Of a DNA stretch of 32,000 nucleotides, positions 16,795 through 26,794 are shown piece after piece. Location of the stretch: contig NZ_LT671858.1 of assembly GCF_900083515.1 (NCBI RefSeq), positions 1,680,001-1,712,000 of the forward strand, in the 5' to 3' direction. The position numbers were made by a program, and so were the translations under genes. How positions within the stretch are numbered: position 1 is the stretch's first letter; the number at the start of each line of letters is the position of its first letter. The notes under the pieces were generated by a model. That model made no database searches. It saw only the letters and a list, made by a program, of their open reading frames with translations, and was not told the DNA's origin. Source of the DNA: Cuniculiplasma divulgatum. Lineage in GTDB: Archaea > Thermoplasmatota > Thermoplasmata > Thermoplasmatales > Thermoplasmataceae.

Positions 16795-18043
16795 GATTTT
16801 AATTCCGCAAGAACTAAATGGAAAGGTGGATGCCCCTTCTTCCAAGAGCATGTCACAGAGGGTTTTATTGCTTTCTGCATTCCTTCCGGGTCACAAACGA
16901 ATTGGACCGATCTCTGGATGCGATGACGAAATAATTGCACTGGGAATATGCAGTTCTAACGGAATGAAGATAATAAAGGACGGAAAATATTACAATATTT
17001 ACGGTTCATTCACTAATCCGGAGTTAATAAATGTTGGAGAATCTGGTACTGCTCTCAGAATGGTGCTTGGCCTTCTTGCATCAAGAAGATGCAGTTGCGC
17101 AATTGAGACTGAAGGGAAGCTTTTGGAAAGACCATTGAAACCACTTATAATTTCACTGGAAAGCATTGGATGCAGATTTTCAATGAATGGCAGAACACTC
17201 ATTTTTGATGGTACTAATGCCAAATATGTGAGTGAAATATCCATAAACGGAGAATTGAGTTCCCAGTTCACCAGTTCTATTCTTTTATACATGGCACTCA
17301 ACCCCATAGACGAAAAGATAGTACATATTGAAGGAGAGATTAATTCAGAAGGATATCTAAATATGACTGCAGATATACTTAGAAAATTGGGGCTGACCAT
17401 AAAAAGAACCGGAAGTGATTTCATTATAAATGGAACGCTGAATGAAATGAATACTTCATTTGAAATAGAAGGAGATTATTCATCAGCCTCATTCCTTATT
17501 GCAGCTGGACTATTACTATCAGGAAAAGGAATAGAGATAAATAATCTGAAAAAGGAAAGCATGCAACCTGATGCAAATATTCTAAATTTGCTTAATGGAC
17601 TCCTGCAATATGGAGAAAATTCAATAATTGCCATGAAAAAAGATATTACTAGTATGCTAGAGGTTGATGTCAACATAAATCCAGATCTGGCACCAGTTAT
17701 AGCCCTTCTTGGAATGTTTTCCCAAAAGGGAGCCAGCATTAAAAATTCAGATAGACTATCAGGAAAGGAGAGTGACAGGAAAATGGCCATTATTCAAATA
17801 GCTGAAGCCTTTGGGTCGGATGTAACTGAAGAAGACGAAACTCTGTATATTGGTCCATGCCGAGACGATATTTCACCTGCACTCCCAATCTCATTAGATC
17901 ACAGAATTGTTATGGAGACCATTCTGGCTCAGTCTATGGTATCAGAGAAATTCATTGTACACAATCCTGAAAGTCTTAACAAGAGTTATCCTTCATTTAT
18001 AGATGATTTAATTTCTCTTGGATTTAAGGAGGAATTGGAATAA
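16787..18043 (+). CDS. aroA: 3-phosphoshikimate 1-carboxyvinyltransferase (EPSP synthase)
   Basis: LNGKVDAPSSKSMSQRVLLLSAF, GESGTALRMVLGL and DHRIVM motifs. The track start at 16649 would overlap the shikimate kinase gene by 146 nt. ATGs at 16787 (8-nt overlap) or 16775 are the likely starts. Confidence 0.9.
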   Translation: MSRILIPQELNGKVDAPSSKSMSQRVLLLSAFLPGHKRIGPISGCDDEIIALGICSSNGMKIIKDGKYYNIYGSFTNPELINVGESGTALRMVLGLLASRRCSCAIETEGKLLERPLKPLIISLESIGCRFSMNGRTLIFDGTNAKYVSEISINGELSSQFTSSILLYMALNPIDEKIVHIEGEINSEGYLNMTADILRKLGLTIKRTGSDFIINGTLNEMNTSFEIEGDYSSASFLIAAGLLLSGKGIEINNLKKESMQPDANILNLLNGLLQYGENSIIAMKKDITSMLEVDVNINPDLAPVIALLGMFSQKGASIKNSDRLSGKESDRKMAIIQIAEAFGSDVTEEDETLYIGPCRDDISPALPISLDHRIVMETILAQSMVSEKFIVHNPESLNKSYPSFIDDLISLGFKEELE

Positions 18044-18073
18044 GGATTATTAGCAACCAAATGATTTCAAAAC

Positions 18074-19726
18074 ATGCTTTTATTTCAGGACATATTGGAA
18101 TTAACAAAGTCTGAAGCCAGAAAACACATCGAGAATCTGGATGAGAAGGATGTGATTTTTGATCAGACTGAACATGCACATATTACAGTCAGATTGGTAA
18201 GATATGAGAAAACGGTTGATAACTTTGATACTAAATTAAATGCAATAATGAATGAGCTGAAGAAACTTCCATTTGTGCAATCCCTGGAATATGAAAATGG
18301 TTACATAAATATCATTACAGATGGTTGGTATCTCCTGAATGCCATGCATGAATCCCTTCAAACTACGGGATCTTTTCCTGAATCATTTCAGGACCCGGAG
18401 AGGGTGTCTGTTGAACATACAAGCACAAATCCCACTGGTCCCATACATATGGGGAGAATTAGAAATTCCATAATAGGGGATTCCATAGCAAGACTGATGG
18501 AAAGGTATGGTTACAGGGTTGTCACTCAGTATTATGTAAATGACTCCGGTAAACAGATGGTATCACTGTATCTCGGCTATGAGAAATTCCACAAAGGTGA
18601 GACATTAACAAAGGAAATCCTGCTAGATGGATATAAAAAGATTTATGAATATTTTGAACAAAAAGGTGACGAGAAAGAAGTAGAATTACTAATGGAGAAA
18701 TATGAGAAAGGGGATGATGACCTCATAAATCAGATCAAGAATATAGCCCAGATAATGCTGGATGATATTGTTTCTGATCTAGAACTCCTCAACATAAAGA
18801 TGGATGAGTTCACATGGGAGTCAGAATTTATTGTTACTGGAGAAACAGAAGAAGTTATTAAAGATCTATCAGAGTATATACTGGACGAAAATGGGGCATT
18901 ATACATAGACGTCCCCAATGTCAGGAAGATTTTTGTCAAAAGAAAGAACGGTACAAGTCTCTATGTAACAAGAGATATTGCATACCATATGTACAAATTC
19001 TCACAGTATGACAAATGCATTGTTGTGGTAGGGGAAGATCATAAGGAACATGGAAAGATCATGGATTATGTTATGCATCAGCTCCTTGACTATAAGAATT
19101 CTCTTGATTTTGTGTATTATGGAATGGTAAATTTAGAATCTGGAAGAATGTCTACAAGAAAGGGCACGAGTGTCACCGTGAAGGAAGTTTATGAGAAGTT
19201 ATATGAAAAGGCCAGAAACGAAGTGCTGAGTAGATATAGTGAAGAAAAGGATGTTGACAAAATAAGCAGGGATATAGCAGTTTCTTCCCTAAGATTCTAT
19301 ATGCTGAAGATCAATATGCAAAAACCCATTACATTCAAGTGGGAAGATGCCCTGGATTTCAATGGAGAAACTGCTCCCTTTATTATGTATTCCTATACAA
19401 GGGCAAGTAGCATAATGGAAAAGGTAAAATCAAGTTCAGAGGAAGCGTCATCTAAAAACATTGAAAAGGAAGAAAATGATCTCATTCTTGAGATGTATAA
19501 ATATCCATATAAAATAATGAACGCAACCAAAAGCCTGAGACCAGATATCATCACAGGTTATATTCTGGATTTATCTAAAAAATTCACTACATTTTACGAG
19601 AAATGTAAGGTACTCGGTGAGGAAACAGGTATACAGGAGAGAAGATTAAACATCCTGAAAACATACATGAACATTATTGACGACAGTTCACAAATTGTTG
19701 GAATAAAGAATGTGAAAAAGATGTAA
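18074..19726 (+). CDS. argS: arginine--tRNA ligase
   Basis: SVEHTSTNPTGPIHMGRIRN is a HIGH-region variant typical of ArgRS. Also YVNDSGKQ, a GEDHKEH block, and MSTRKG in the KMSKS position. The C-terminal anticodon-binding region ends with KKM. Confidence 0.9.
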   Translation: MLLFQDILELTKSEARKHIENLDEKDVIFDQTEHAHITVRLVRYEKTVDNFDTKLNAIMNELKKLPFVQSLEYENGYINIITDGWYLLNAMHESLQTTGSFPESFQDPERVSVEHTSTNPTGPIHMGRIRNSIIGDSIARLMERYGYRVVTQYYVNDSGKQMVSLYLGYEKFHKGETLTKEILLDGYKKIYEYFEQKGDEKEVELLMEKYEKGDDDLINQIKNIAQIMLDDIVSDLELLNIKMDEFTWESEFIVTGETEEVIKDLSEYILDENGALYIDVPNVRKIFVKRKNGTSLYVTRDIAYHMYKFSQYDKCIVVVGEDHKEHGKIMDYVMHQLLDYKNSLDFVYYGMVNLESGRMSTRKGTSVTVKEVYEKLYEKARNEVLSRYSEEKDVDKISRDIAVSSLRFYMLKINMQKPITFKWEDALDFNGETAPFIMYSYTRASSIMEKVKSSSEEASSKNIEKEENDLILEMYKYPYKIMNATKSLRPDIITGYILDLSKKFTTFYEKCKVLGEETGIQERRLNILKTYMNIIDDSSQIVGIKNVKKM

Positions 19727-19819
19727 GAGGTATATTAATACTGTAGGTTATGACTCAGGGAATATAGATAATAATAGTTAATAGTTTAAATAATTTAAAA
19801 AAATTCTGAAAGGATAGAT

Positions 19820-20035
19820 TTGTCTGGTTTGTATCATGTAAAATGTCCCAATTGCGGAAATGAATTCAATGTGAATTATTCTGAGTGGAATAGTCTTTCT
19901 GACACATCATTAGGTTTGATTTTCAGGTGGGGACCTTACTCTTTCTCGGTAAAGTGTCCACAATGTCACAAGAGAGAAAGGTATCATGTTACGCCTGAAG
20001 ATGCAATTTCTCAGGAAGGACAGCCTCAGGATTAG
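19820..20035 (+). CDS. small zinc-ribbon protein (two CxxC pairs)
   Basis: 71 aa with CPNCG and CPQCH pairs 32 residues apart. TTG start and no in-frame ATG. Stands alone between argS and a convergent gene. Confidence 0.4.
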   Translation: MSGLYHVKCPNCGNEFNVNYSEWNSLSDTSLGLIFRWGPYSFSVKCPQCHKRERYHVTPEDAISQEGQPQD

Positions 20036-20151
20036 AAATATTTAAAGACTCTTACCTGTTGGAGAATCTTTTAAACTTTGATGAACTCAAAAATAAATCT
20101 ATTATGCTGTAAAATAAATTATTAATAAATTTAATTGTAAAAAATAAAGGA

Positions 20152-23103
20152 TTATTGTTTTGTGTTACTGTCCTTCTTTGGCACCTGCTTCTGGTCTGTT
20201 ATCTTTTTCTGGTTGGACTGTGGGAGAGACTGTTGCCTTACTCTTGCTGCGCCTGGGAATTTTCCCTTTGTGAGCCTGTAATACAGTAGGGCAAGTATCA
20301 GTATTATTACTATAATTGCAACTATAACCAGAAGTACTCTATCGGATGAAACACCCACACTCACAGTCTTAACAAGCTGGCCATCCTTCTGTACAAAGTT
20401 TGGCTGCGCTGAGTTAGAGGCCTGGAATGACAGGCTCTGTGAACCAGAATTAGCCAGTGATATGTTAATATCATATGTTCTGGTCTGGTTAACTGCCAAA
20501 GTTTGTGTGAATGATTTGCTTTTCAAAAGAGCACCATTATCATATACAACTATGGTAAGCCCTGTAACAGATACTTTACCATGATTCGTAACGTTTACCT
20601 GAACCTCCTTTGTAACACCTTGAGAGAAAGTTCCCGAATAATGAACACCGCTAACAAGCAGTTTTGGTCCACTGTAAGTAGTTGTGTATGAAATGTTATC
20701 ATAACCACTCAGTACAGGGTTCGTAACCTTTAGAGATATGTGGATCTTTGCAACAAGGTTGAATTGAACTTCCACCCATGCTGATCTATTCCAGACACTG
20801 GAGGAACTGTCATACTTTAGAATTGTAAGATTTGCTGTGTTCGCAGGTATTTTCGTTCCGTTTGCAAACATGAATGTCCAGTTATAGCTAAGCTTTGATT
20901 TTCCATAATATTTGTCAGCTGAGTAATTAGCTGTCAGTATCACTGGTGAACCTGCTGGGATTGCAGTAATATTCTTATTTGATGGATTCTGAATTGTTAC
21001 AACTGCACTTGGATTTGTTGTATCATTGACTATTGCCTTTATCTGAACAGACCTTGTTGTATTTCCTGCACTGGTAACGTTCAGCATTCCAAGTTTAGGG
21101 ACTCCGTTAATTGTTGGAGTTGTAAACTGGTAGTTTACGGTTGCACCTTTAAGTGTTGAATTTGGAAACATCCAACTGTAACTTAACTGAACACTGTATT
21201 TTTCTTTGTTATAGGTAAGGTTCAAGGAACTCAGTGAAGCGTCGAACGTGACCTGTGAGTTTTGTGGTACCGTTATTGATACTGTTCCTGTGTTAGCTGT
21301 TGATGACATCACTTTGTGAACTTTGCCGTTAAATGTGTATGTAAAATTTACATTTGGTGATTCAGTGTTCTTCAGCACAATGAACGTTACATTAGTAACA
21401 TTGGAGAATCCAGAGCTATCCATACCAGTAAGCAAGAACTCTGTAGTTTTCATCAACTTCAAGCTGTAGTTATAGCCATTGTAACTGGTTGTAGAATTTT
21501 TCCACATAAACGATACTGGTGACTTATACTGATATTGGCCTATAATTGGATTATAAAGAGTCTTTGACATGTTAATTGAGAATATAGTATTGTATGGAAC
21601 CACTACAAGTGTGTTTCTTGCAGTTGTGTTAATTACTGAAGAAGTTGTAACCATTCCCTTGTAATATACTACTGCATTTGAGTTTACGAAATATGGATTC
21701 TGAACCTTTCCAAAGGAAACAGTTACCATTGAACTTTTGCTTACTGGCATAATTTCAAATGGATTTCCATAGGTAACAGATGATGATGCGGACTGGACTG
21801 AAACATTGATGTTGTTGTAATTAATGTAAGTTAAATAGTTTACAGTTGATGGAGTATATTGTGTTCCTTTCTGATAAACCTTCAATACAAGATTCTTATA
21901 GTCTTTTGAAGACATTTTTGTATTTGTGTAATTGGCAAAGGTGTAAAGGCTAAGGCTGTATTTATTGTACACCAGGCTTTTCATATCCACATGGCTGTTT
22001 GTTAAATTATAATAGGAATTGTTTGCCATGAATGAATAATATGTGTTCGCAGGCATATGTCCTGCAATCTTTTCAACATCATTCACGAACCCCGTTGATA
22101 AATTATCCAACGCCTCCTGATATGATAGACTCATTACTGTACTGTTTGCCATATCAGGAAAAGCAGTTCCTGAATTCAAGTTGTAATGTGTTACTACAGA
22201 TACTGTTTGTAAATTCTTACTTAGGGAATAGTTCTTGAAAACGTTTGATGTGGATGGTATTAGTGTTAATGTTCCTGATGTGGTAATTGAAACCGGTTTA
22301 TAGCCATTAGCTGCTATCATGAACTCAGTACCACCCTGAGCACTAATATAGTATAAGCCTGAATTAAATGACACAGTTGTATAATGATTTATTGTTGAGT
22401 TGAACTCAACTATTTTAAACGAATTTATCTTTGAACCTGATTTTGAGTATACTGCTCCGAAATAGTTAACGGCACTTCTACCAAGCTCTATGGTGACAGT
22501 ATTTTTTGATTCCAGTGTGAGAATTTGAGATGTTACTCCCTGACTTGGCTCGCTGTTGTAGTAACTGTTTGCATAGAACATGGTGCCATTTGGCAGATAT
22601 GCGCTGAAAGATGAAGAATTTGTTGTCTTTGTGAAAAAGTTATAACCCTCAGTGGTGGAAAACATTAAAGTCGTGGTTTCACCATTTAGATTTTTTAAGT
22701 TAACCGTTGAATATGTGAGAACAACTGCTTTCAGATTTATTGCAACTGCCTGATTTGCAGAATTAACATCCAAATAGTAATATGTCTTGTTTGTTAGATA
22801 ATGCGCTCCACCTATTATGGAAAGTGTAGGCATTACCGTTACCAGATAACTTCCATAACTTAGTGATACATTTAAGCTGTTGCCAGTATCCGTAAATGTG
22901 TACTGACCCTGTGAGGCATTTATGTATATTACAGGGTTAACTGCGAACCCAACTTGATTTTTCCCTTCCATCACATACATGTTGAGATTAACATGGGACG
23001 TGGAGGGAGCATAAGAACTTGACGATGATGCTGCGGTGACATTTGCCATGCCCGCAAGAAATACTGCTATCAGAATTGCTGACAACACTTTTTTACTGTC
23101 CAA
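20152..23103 (-). CDS. large surface glycoprotein candidate (signal peptide, Ig/PKD-like repeats, CARDB-like domain, C-terminal TM anchor)
   Basis: 983 aa. N-terminal signal VLSAILIAVFLAGMANVTAAS. About 36 N-x-S/T sequons by my manual count. Three W-containing repeats look PKD-like (SFMWKNST, YSWMFPNST, YNWTFMFANGT). VQVNVTNHGKVSVTGLTIVVYDNG is CARDB-like. C-terminal TM LLVIVAIIVIILILALLYY is followed by a Lys/Gln-rich tail. Confidence 0.8.
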   Translation of the reverse strand: MDSKKVLSAILIAVFLAGMANVTAASSSSSYAPSTSHVNLNMYVMEGKNQVGFAVNPVIYINASQGQYTFTDTGNSLNVSLSYGSYLVTVMPTLSIIGGAHYLTNKTYYYLDVNSANQAVAINLKAVVLTYSTVNLKNLNGETTTLMFSTTEGYNFFTKTTNSSSFSAYLPNGTMFYANSYYNSEPSQGVTSQILTLESKNTVTIELGRSAVNYFGAVYSKSGSKINSFKIVEFNSTINHYTTVSFNSGLYYISAQGGTEFMIAANGYKPVSITTSGTLTLIPSTSNVFKNYSLSKNLQTVSVVTHYNLNSGTAFPDMANSTVMSLSYQEALDNLSTGFVNDVEKIAGHMPANTYYSFMANNSYYNLTNSHVDMKSLVYNKYSLSLYTFANYTNTKMSSKDYKNLVLKVYQKGTQYTPSTVNYLTYINYNNINVSVQSASSSVTYGNPFEIMPVSKSSMVTVSFGKVQNPYFVNSNAVVYYKGMVTTSSVINTTARNTLVVVPYNTIFSINMSKTLYNPIIGQYQYKSPVSFMWKNSTTSYNGYNYSLKLMKTTEFLLTGMDSSGFSNVTNVTFIVLKNTESPNVNFTYTFNGKVHKVMSSTANTGTVSITVPQNSQVTFDASLSSLNLTYNKEKYSVQLSYSWMFPNSTLKGATVNYQFTTPTINGVPKLGMLNVTSAGNTTRSVQIKAIVNDTTNPSAVVTIQNPSNKNITAIPAGSPVILTANYSADKYYGKSKLSYNWTFMFANGTKIPANTANLTILKYDSSSSVWNRSAWVEVQFNLVAKIHISLKVTNPVLSGYDNISYTTTYSGPKLLVSGVHYSGTFSQGVTKEVQVNVTNHGKVSVTGLTIVVYDNGALLKSKSFTQTLAVNQTRTYDINISLANSGSQSLSFQASNSAQPNFVQKDGQLVKTVSVGVSSDRVLLVIVAIIVIILILALLYYRLTKGKFPGAARVRQQSLPQSNQKKITDQKQVPKKDSNTKQ

Positions 23104-23154
23104 TGTGATCTTCCTCTTTTTCGCTAAATAAACTCATACTTATAAACATTCCTT

Positions 23155-24162
23155 TTAAAGTTCTATTTCCGTAGTTTCTACAGGATTCATAAGATGAAAC
23201 TTGGTTACTATCTGATATGGCGTTGGAATTTTTCCACTGAACTTAAGCCATTTCTTTTGAATTTTTATGTTCATTTGCTTGAGGAAGTTATATGGGTTCT
23301 CAAACGCCATTTTCATTATGTCTTCATGCGAGATTCTGCTGGTATTTTTTTGTATTCTATAAAGGAAATCCATTTCTTCAAAGATACTTGGATTGACAGT
23401 CATTACATTATCAGTGCCAAGCATGAGTTTAAAGCCACTTTCAACAAAGACACTGTAATCCGGTCTTATATTAAAAAAATAATTTGACCTTGGTGTTATT
23501 GCAATATTATCAGTGATTTCTTTCAGTGGAATAAGCTGATCTTTTTTCAGGGCTGTACAGTGAATCAGAAGGTCCGGTTTGAGATCATATAATGGCCCTA
23601 TGGGTTCCTGCCTATTTTCACTAAAATGAATTGACACTATGAGCCCCATTTTCTTTGCTTTTTTCCCTATTGATATAATTAAATCATTATCATCATCAGA
23701 AACTGCACTAAACCCAACTCCCTGTATTATATCCTTGATTGTTTCAAGATCTTCAATATTTTCTGGTCTTCCAAGCGTTATAGCGTTTGGCTCAGCCTCC
23801 CTTATTGCCCTTAATGTTTCAATAGATTTTGATCCAGCTTCTCTGTAGTCAAAAAAACTGCCTGTTCCAATATTCTTCATATATGAAATGGTGTTTTTCA
23901 TCTCCTTTATTATTTTTGGGTTGCCAGCATTTTTTAGATTTTTAATCTTGAACCCACCTGGGCCAACTACTTCTTCGAGCGATCCGGTTGGTTCGTCCTT
24001 GATGAATGAGTCTCCAATGTGCGTATGGGCATTAATTGGTTTTGTAATATAGAAAGCTTCTTCCTTTATATTTTCGTTCTCCTCAAATATCTTTTCGTCG
24101 GTATAATAAATGCCTTTCTTATATTCTCCGTTTAAATAGAAAGTTCCTCTGTATTCTGTCAT
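23155..24162 (-). CDS. metal-dependent amidohydrolase superfamily protein
   Basis: 335 aa. The HxH metal motif INAHTHIGDS is near the N-terminus, with later His/Asp positions (VSIHFSE, LIHCT, LGTDN) in the order expected for the amidohydrolase TIM barrel. Lies 7 nt downstream of rtcB on the same strand. Confidence 0.7.
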   Translation of the reverse strand: MTEYRGTFYLNGEYKKGIYYTDEKIFEENENIKEEAFYITKPINAHTHIGDSFIKDEPTGSLEEVVGPGGFKIKNLKNAGNPKIIKEMKNTISYMKNIGTGSFFDYREAGSKSIETLRAIREAEPNAITLGRPENIEDLETIKDIIQGVGFSAVSDDDNDLIISIGKKAKKMGLIVSIHFSENRQEPIGPLYDLKPDLLIHCTALKKDQLIPLKEITDNIAITPRSNYFFNIRPDYSVFVESGFKLMLGTDNVMTVNPSIFEEMDFLYRIQKNTSRISHEDIMKMAFENPYNFLKQMNIKIQKKWLKFSGKIPTPYQIVTKFHLMNPVETTEIEL

Positions 24163-24169
24163 CTCACAT

Positions 24170-25585
24170 TCACCCCTTTATAACCCCAATCGGTTTCAGT
24201 CTTGCGATTCCCTCTGCAATTTTTCCACCTACTATGGAATTATATATCTCATCTATATTTTTGTAACTCTCTGGTGCCTCTTCAGTGAGCGCCGAAGTAC
24301 TTGCAAACTTCATTTCAATCTTCAATGCTTCAAGCTCTTTTTCAATTAATTCTGGAGATAGTTTTTCTTTGGCCATCTTCCTTCCCAGAACTCTCCCTGC
24401 ACCATGGCAGCTGGTTGAGAATGAAATCTTGCTGTTTCCTCCTACTCCTCTCAGTACATATGAGGCTGTCCCCATACTTCCTGGAACAATTACAGGATGT
24501 CCTATTCCAGCATAATAACCGGATGTAGATTCTGGAGGGAGTGCTCTTGTAGCACCCTTTCTATGAACAAGAACCTTTTGTCTCCTCCCTTCGATATCAT
24601 TCTCCTCGAAAGCTGCAATATTATGTGATATATTGTAAACCAGTTCTGACTCATCTTCCACGAACTCATTCCCCATCACTTTTTTTAGTGCATTTCTAAT
24701 TAGACTTATGATCATTTGCCTGTTTGCGAATCCATAGTTCGCAGCCCCATTCATGGCGGAAATGTATCTTTCAGCATCCCTGCTGCTCAATTCCATATAT
24801 GATAGCTGGGCGTCCTTCAGACGTTTGTTGTGATCCAGATCCCTGATTTTCTGAATATAATCTGTTGCCACCTGATGTCCAAGACCTCTTGAACCGGTAT
24901 GAATCATTACATATACCATGTCCTTATGAATTCCAAATTCTTCTGAAATTTCACTGTTAATGATCTGATCTGCGAATTGTAATTCAATGAAATGGTTTCC
25001 GGATCCGAGTGTTCCAAAAAAGTTCATTCCCCGTGAATAAGCTTTTTCCGAAATGTTCGCTGGTTCTGCGCCAAATATAGATCCATTATAATCTGTCTTA
25101 TTTATATCGTCCTCTGTTGCCATGTCCCTGAAATATAACCACTGAATCCCTTCAGAAGTTATAGCTTCAATATCTCTCCTAGATAATTTATTTCTGCTTC
25201 TGGCCATACCTACAGGTACCTGGTTGAATATTTCTTTTAATATATCCTTAATATGCAATCTACATGTCTTTTTGTCCATCCCGGTATTCATCAATGCAAC
25301 CCCACAGTTGATGTCGTAACCTACCCCGCCTGGAGATACGATCCCGTTATCAGAATCAAATGCAATAACAGACCCGATTGGGAACCCATATCCCTGGTGA
25401 ATGTCAGGAAGACCAATAGGTATACCAATCTTTCCTGGAAGTTCTGCCATGTTGAGGAGCTGTGTAATAGCTTCAGTTCCCATTGCCTGATTTATTATAT
25501 TCTCTGTACCTATGACTCTGGCGATTGAATGACCATCTTTTATTAAATAGGAAAAATCTTTTTCTCTACTAACTTTCAGTCCCAT
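24170..25585 (-). CDS. rtcB: RNA-splicing ligase RtcB
   Basis: GYDINCGV, GSGNHFIELQ, HTGSRGLGHQV, HNIA and SCHGAGR motifs. 471 aa, so no intein. Confidence 0.95.
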   Translation of the reverse strand: MGLKVSREKDFSYLIKDGHSIARVIGTENIINQAMGTEAITQLLNMAELPGKIGIPIGLPDIHQGYGFPIGSVIAFDSDNGIVSPGGVGYDINCGVALMNTGMDKKTCRLHIKDILKEIFNQVPVGMARSRNKLSRRDIEAITSEGIQWLYFRDMATEDDINKTDYNGSIFGAEPANISEKAYSRGMNFFGTLGSGNHFIELQFADQIINSEISEEFGIHKDMVYVMIHTGSRGLGHQVATDYIQKIRDLDHNKRLKDAQLSYMELSSRDAERYISAMNGAANYGFANRQMIISLIRNALKKVMGNEFVEDESELVYNISHNIAAFEENDIEGRRQKVLVHRKGATRALPPESTSGYYAGIGHPVIVPGSMGTASYVLRGVGGNSKISFSTSCHGAGRVLGRKMAKEKLSPELIEKELEALKIEMKFASTSALTEEAPESYKNIDEIYNSIVGGKIAEGIARLKPIGVIKG

Positions 25586-25635
25586 CCCAGATGATATTTA
25601 ATAATACTTAATAAACAGTGAAATATTAACATCAT

Positions 25636-25851
25636 ATGGATGATATCCTGGAAGTTGAAACACTTGAGGCCGACTTTTCATTCAAGCTTCGTCTGGAGAT
25701 ATATCTAAGAAATACTGCAATTAGAATAAGGGCCCGCTCCAATACTCCAGAAAAATTTGATGACTATATAGCAGAAAGAGAGAAGATAATAAGGTCTATG
25801 ATAGGAAAAGAACAGAGTGTTTCAGACAAGGGCAAAATAATTTATCCATGA
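25636..25851 (+). CDS. hypothetical small protein
   Basis: 71-aa ORF divergent from rtcB with an A/T-rich upstream region. No motif recognised. Confidence 0.35.
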   Translation: MDDILEVETLEADFSFKLRLEIYLRNTAIRIRARSNTPEKFDDYIAEREKIIRSMIGKEQSVSDKGKIIYP

Positions 25852-25950
25852 AAATTCTTTATAAAATCTACTTATCACTTTGCCTAAAAAGGAAATTATA
25901 TTTTTTCTAAATAAGAATTAATATTCCTTAATGATTGTGGATGGATTATT

Positions 25951-26280
25951 GTGGCAATTGGAGATAACGTATTTAAGGAACTGCGGGATGCGCTGGAAAC
26001 CGCAAAAAGGCATATTAGTATTATTGAATCTCTTATGAGAGAACAACCCTCAGGAATTATCAAAATTTCTCAACTCACAGGTCTGCCTGATCATAAAATA
26101 AGGTATTCCCTGAGAGTCCTTGAAAAGGATGGCATTATAATACCATCAAAGGACGGAGCGATCATTACACCAGATTTTGTTGAAAAGAAGGAAGAACTTC
26201 TGGATGGTATCAGAGATATCCTGAAAGACATGAACTCACTTGAAGATGAGATAAACAAATCACTTGTGGGAAGAAAGTGA
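25951..26280 (+). CDS. winged-helix (wHTH) DNA-binding protein
   Basis: 109 aa with GTG start. IKISQLTGLPDHKIRYSLRVLEKDGIIIPSKDGAIIT has the helix-turn-helix plus beta-wing pattern of small archaeal regulators. Coiled C-terminus. Confidence 0.55.
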   Translation: MAIGDNVFKELRDALETAKRHISIIESLMREQPSGIIKISQLTGLPDHKIRYSLRVLEKDGIIIPSKDGAIITPDFVEKKEELLDGIRDILKDMNSLEDEINKSLVGRK

Positions 26281-26284
26281 ATCA

Positions 26285-26794
26285 ATGGAAGAAAACTCCT
26301 ATGAAATAAGAGTTGCCGTTCCGTCTGATGCAGCTGGCATCATTAAGTGCATGCAGAACGTAATGAGTGAAAAAATATACCTCGTAAGCGAGATATATCT
26401 TTACACAGAAAGAGGACAAAAGGATATATTGCGAAACCCCGATGATCTTACTCTTGTAACCGTTTTTAATGGGGAAATAGTTGGAACCATGAATATACAG
26501 AGAGGCTTTTATAAGAAAAATCGACACACGGCCAACCTTGGAATTGCGATTGTTTCTGAACATCGGGGAAAGGGGATAGGAAAAAGGATGATCGAGAATG
26601 GAATAAAGTGGTGCAGAGAGAATGGAATTATAAAGCTGAATCTGGAAGTATTTTCCTCAAATGAGAATGCAATATCACTCTATAAGAAGTTAGGATTTAC
26701 TTTAGAAGGACAGAGAAAAGGGCAATTTCTGGTTGAAAATAGCTATGTTGACGACATATTAATGACCATTTATCCCATGGAGCATAAAGAATAG
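26285..26794 (+). CDS. GNAT family N-acetyltransferase
   Basis: Acetyl-CoA motif A HRGKGIGKRMIE, then NENAISLYKKLGF. The ATG at 26285 lies 4 nt after the wHTH gene's stop; the track start at 26264 overlaps it. Confidence 0.85.
   Translation: MEENSYEIRVAVPSDAAGIIKCMQNVMSEKIYLVSEIYLYTERGQKDILRNPDDLTLVTVFNGEIVGTMNIQRGFYKKNRHTANLGIAIVSEHRGKGIGKRMIENGIKWCRENGIIKLNLEVFSSNENAISLYKKLGFTLEGQRKGQFLVENSYVDDILMTIYPMEHKE

Noticed and set aside
16999-17424. 141-aa minus-strand ORF inside aroA (and the similar ORF at 17476-17790).
   Set aside because: Both are antisense to EPSP synthase, which has clear family motifs. Neither has a start context or any motif.
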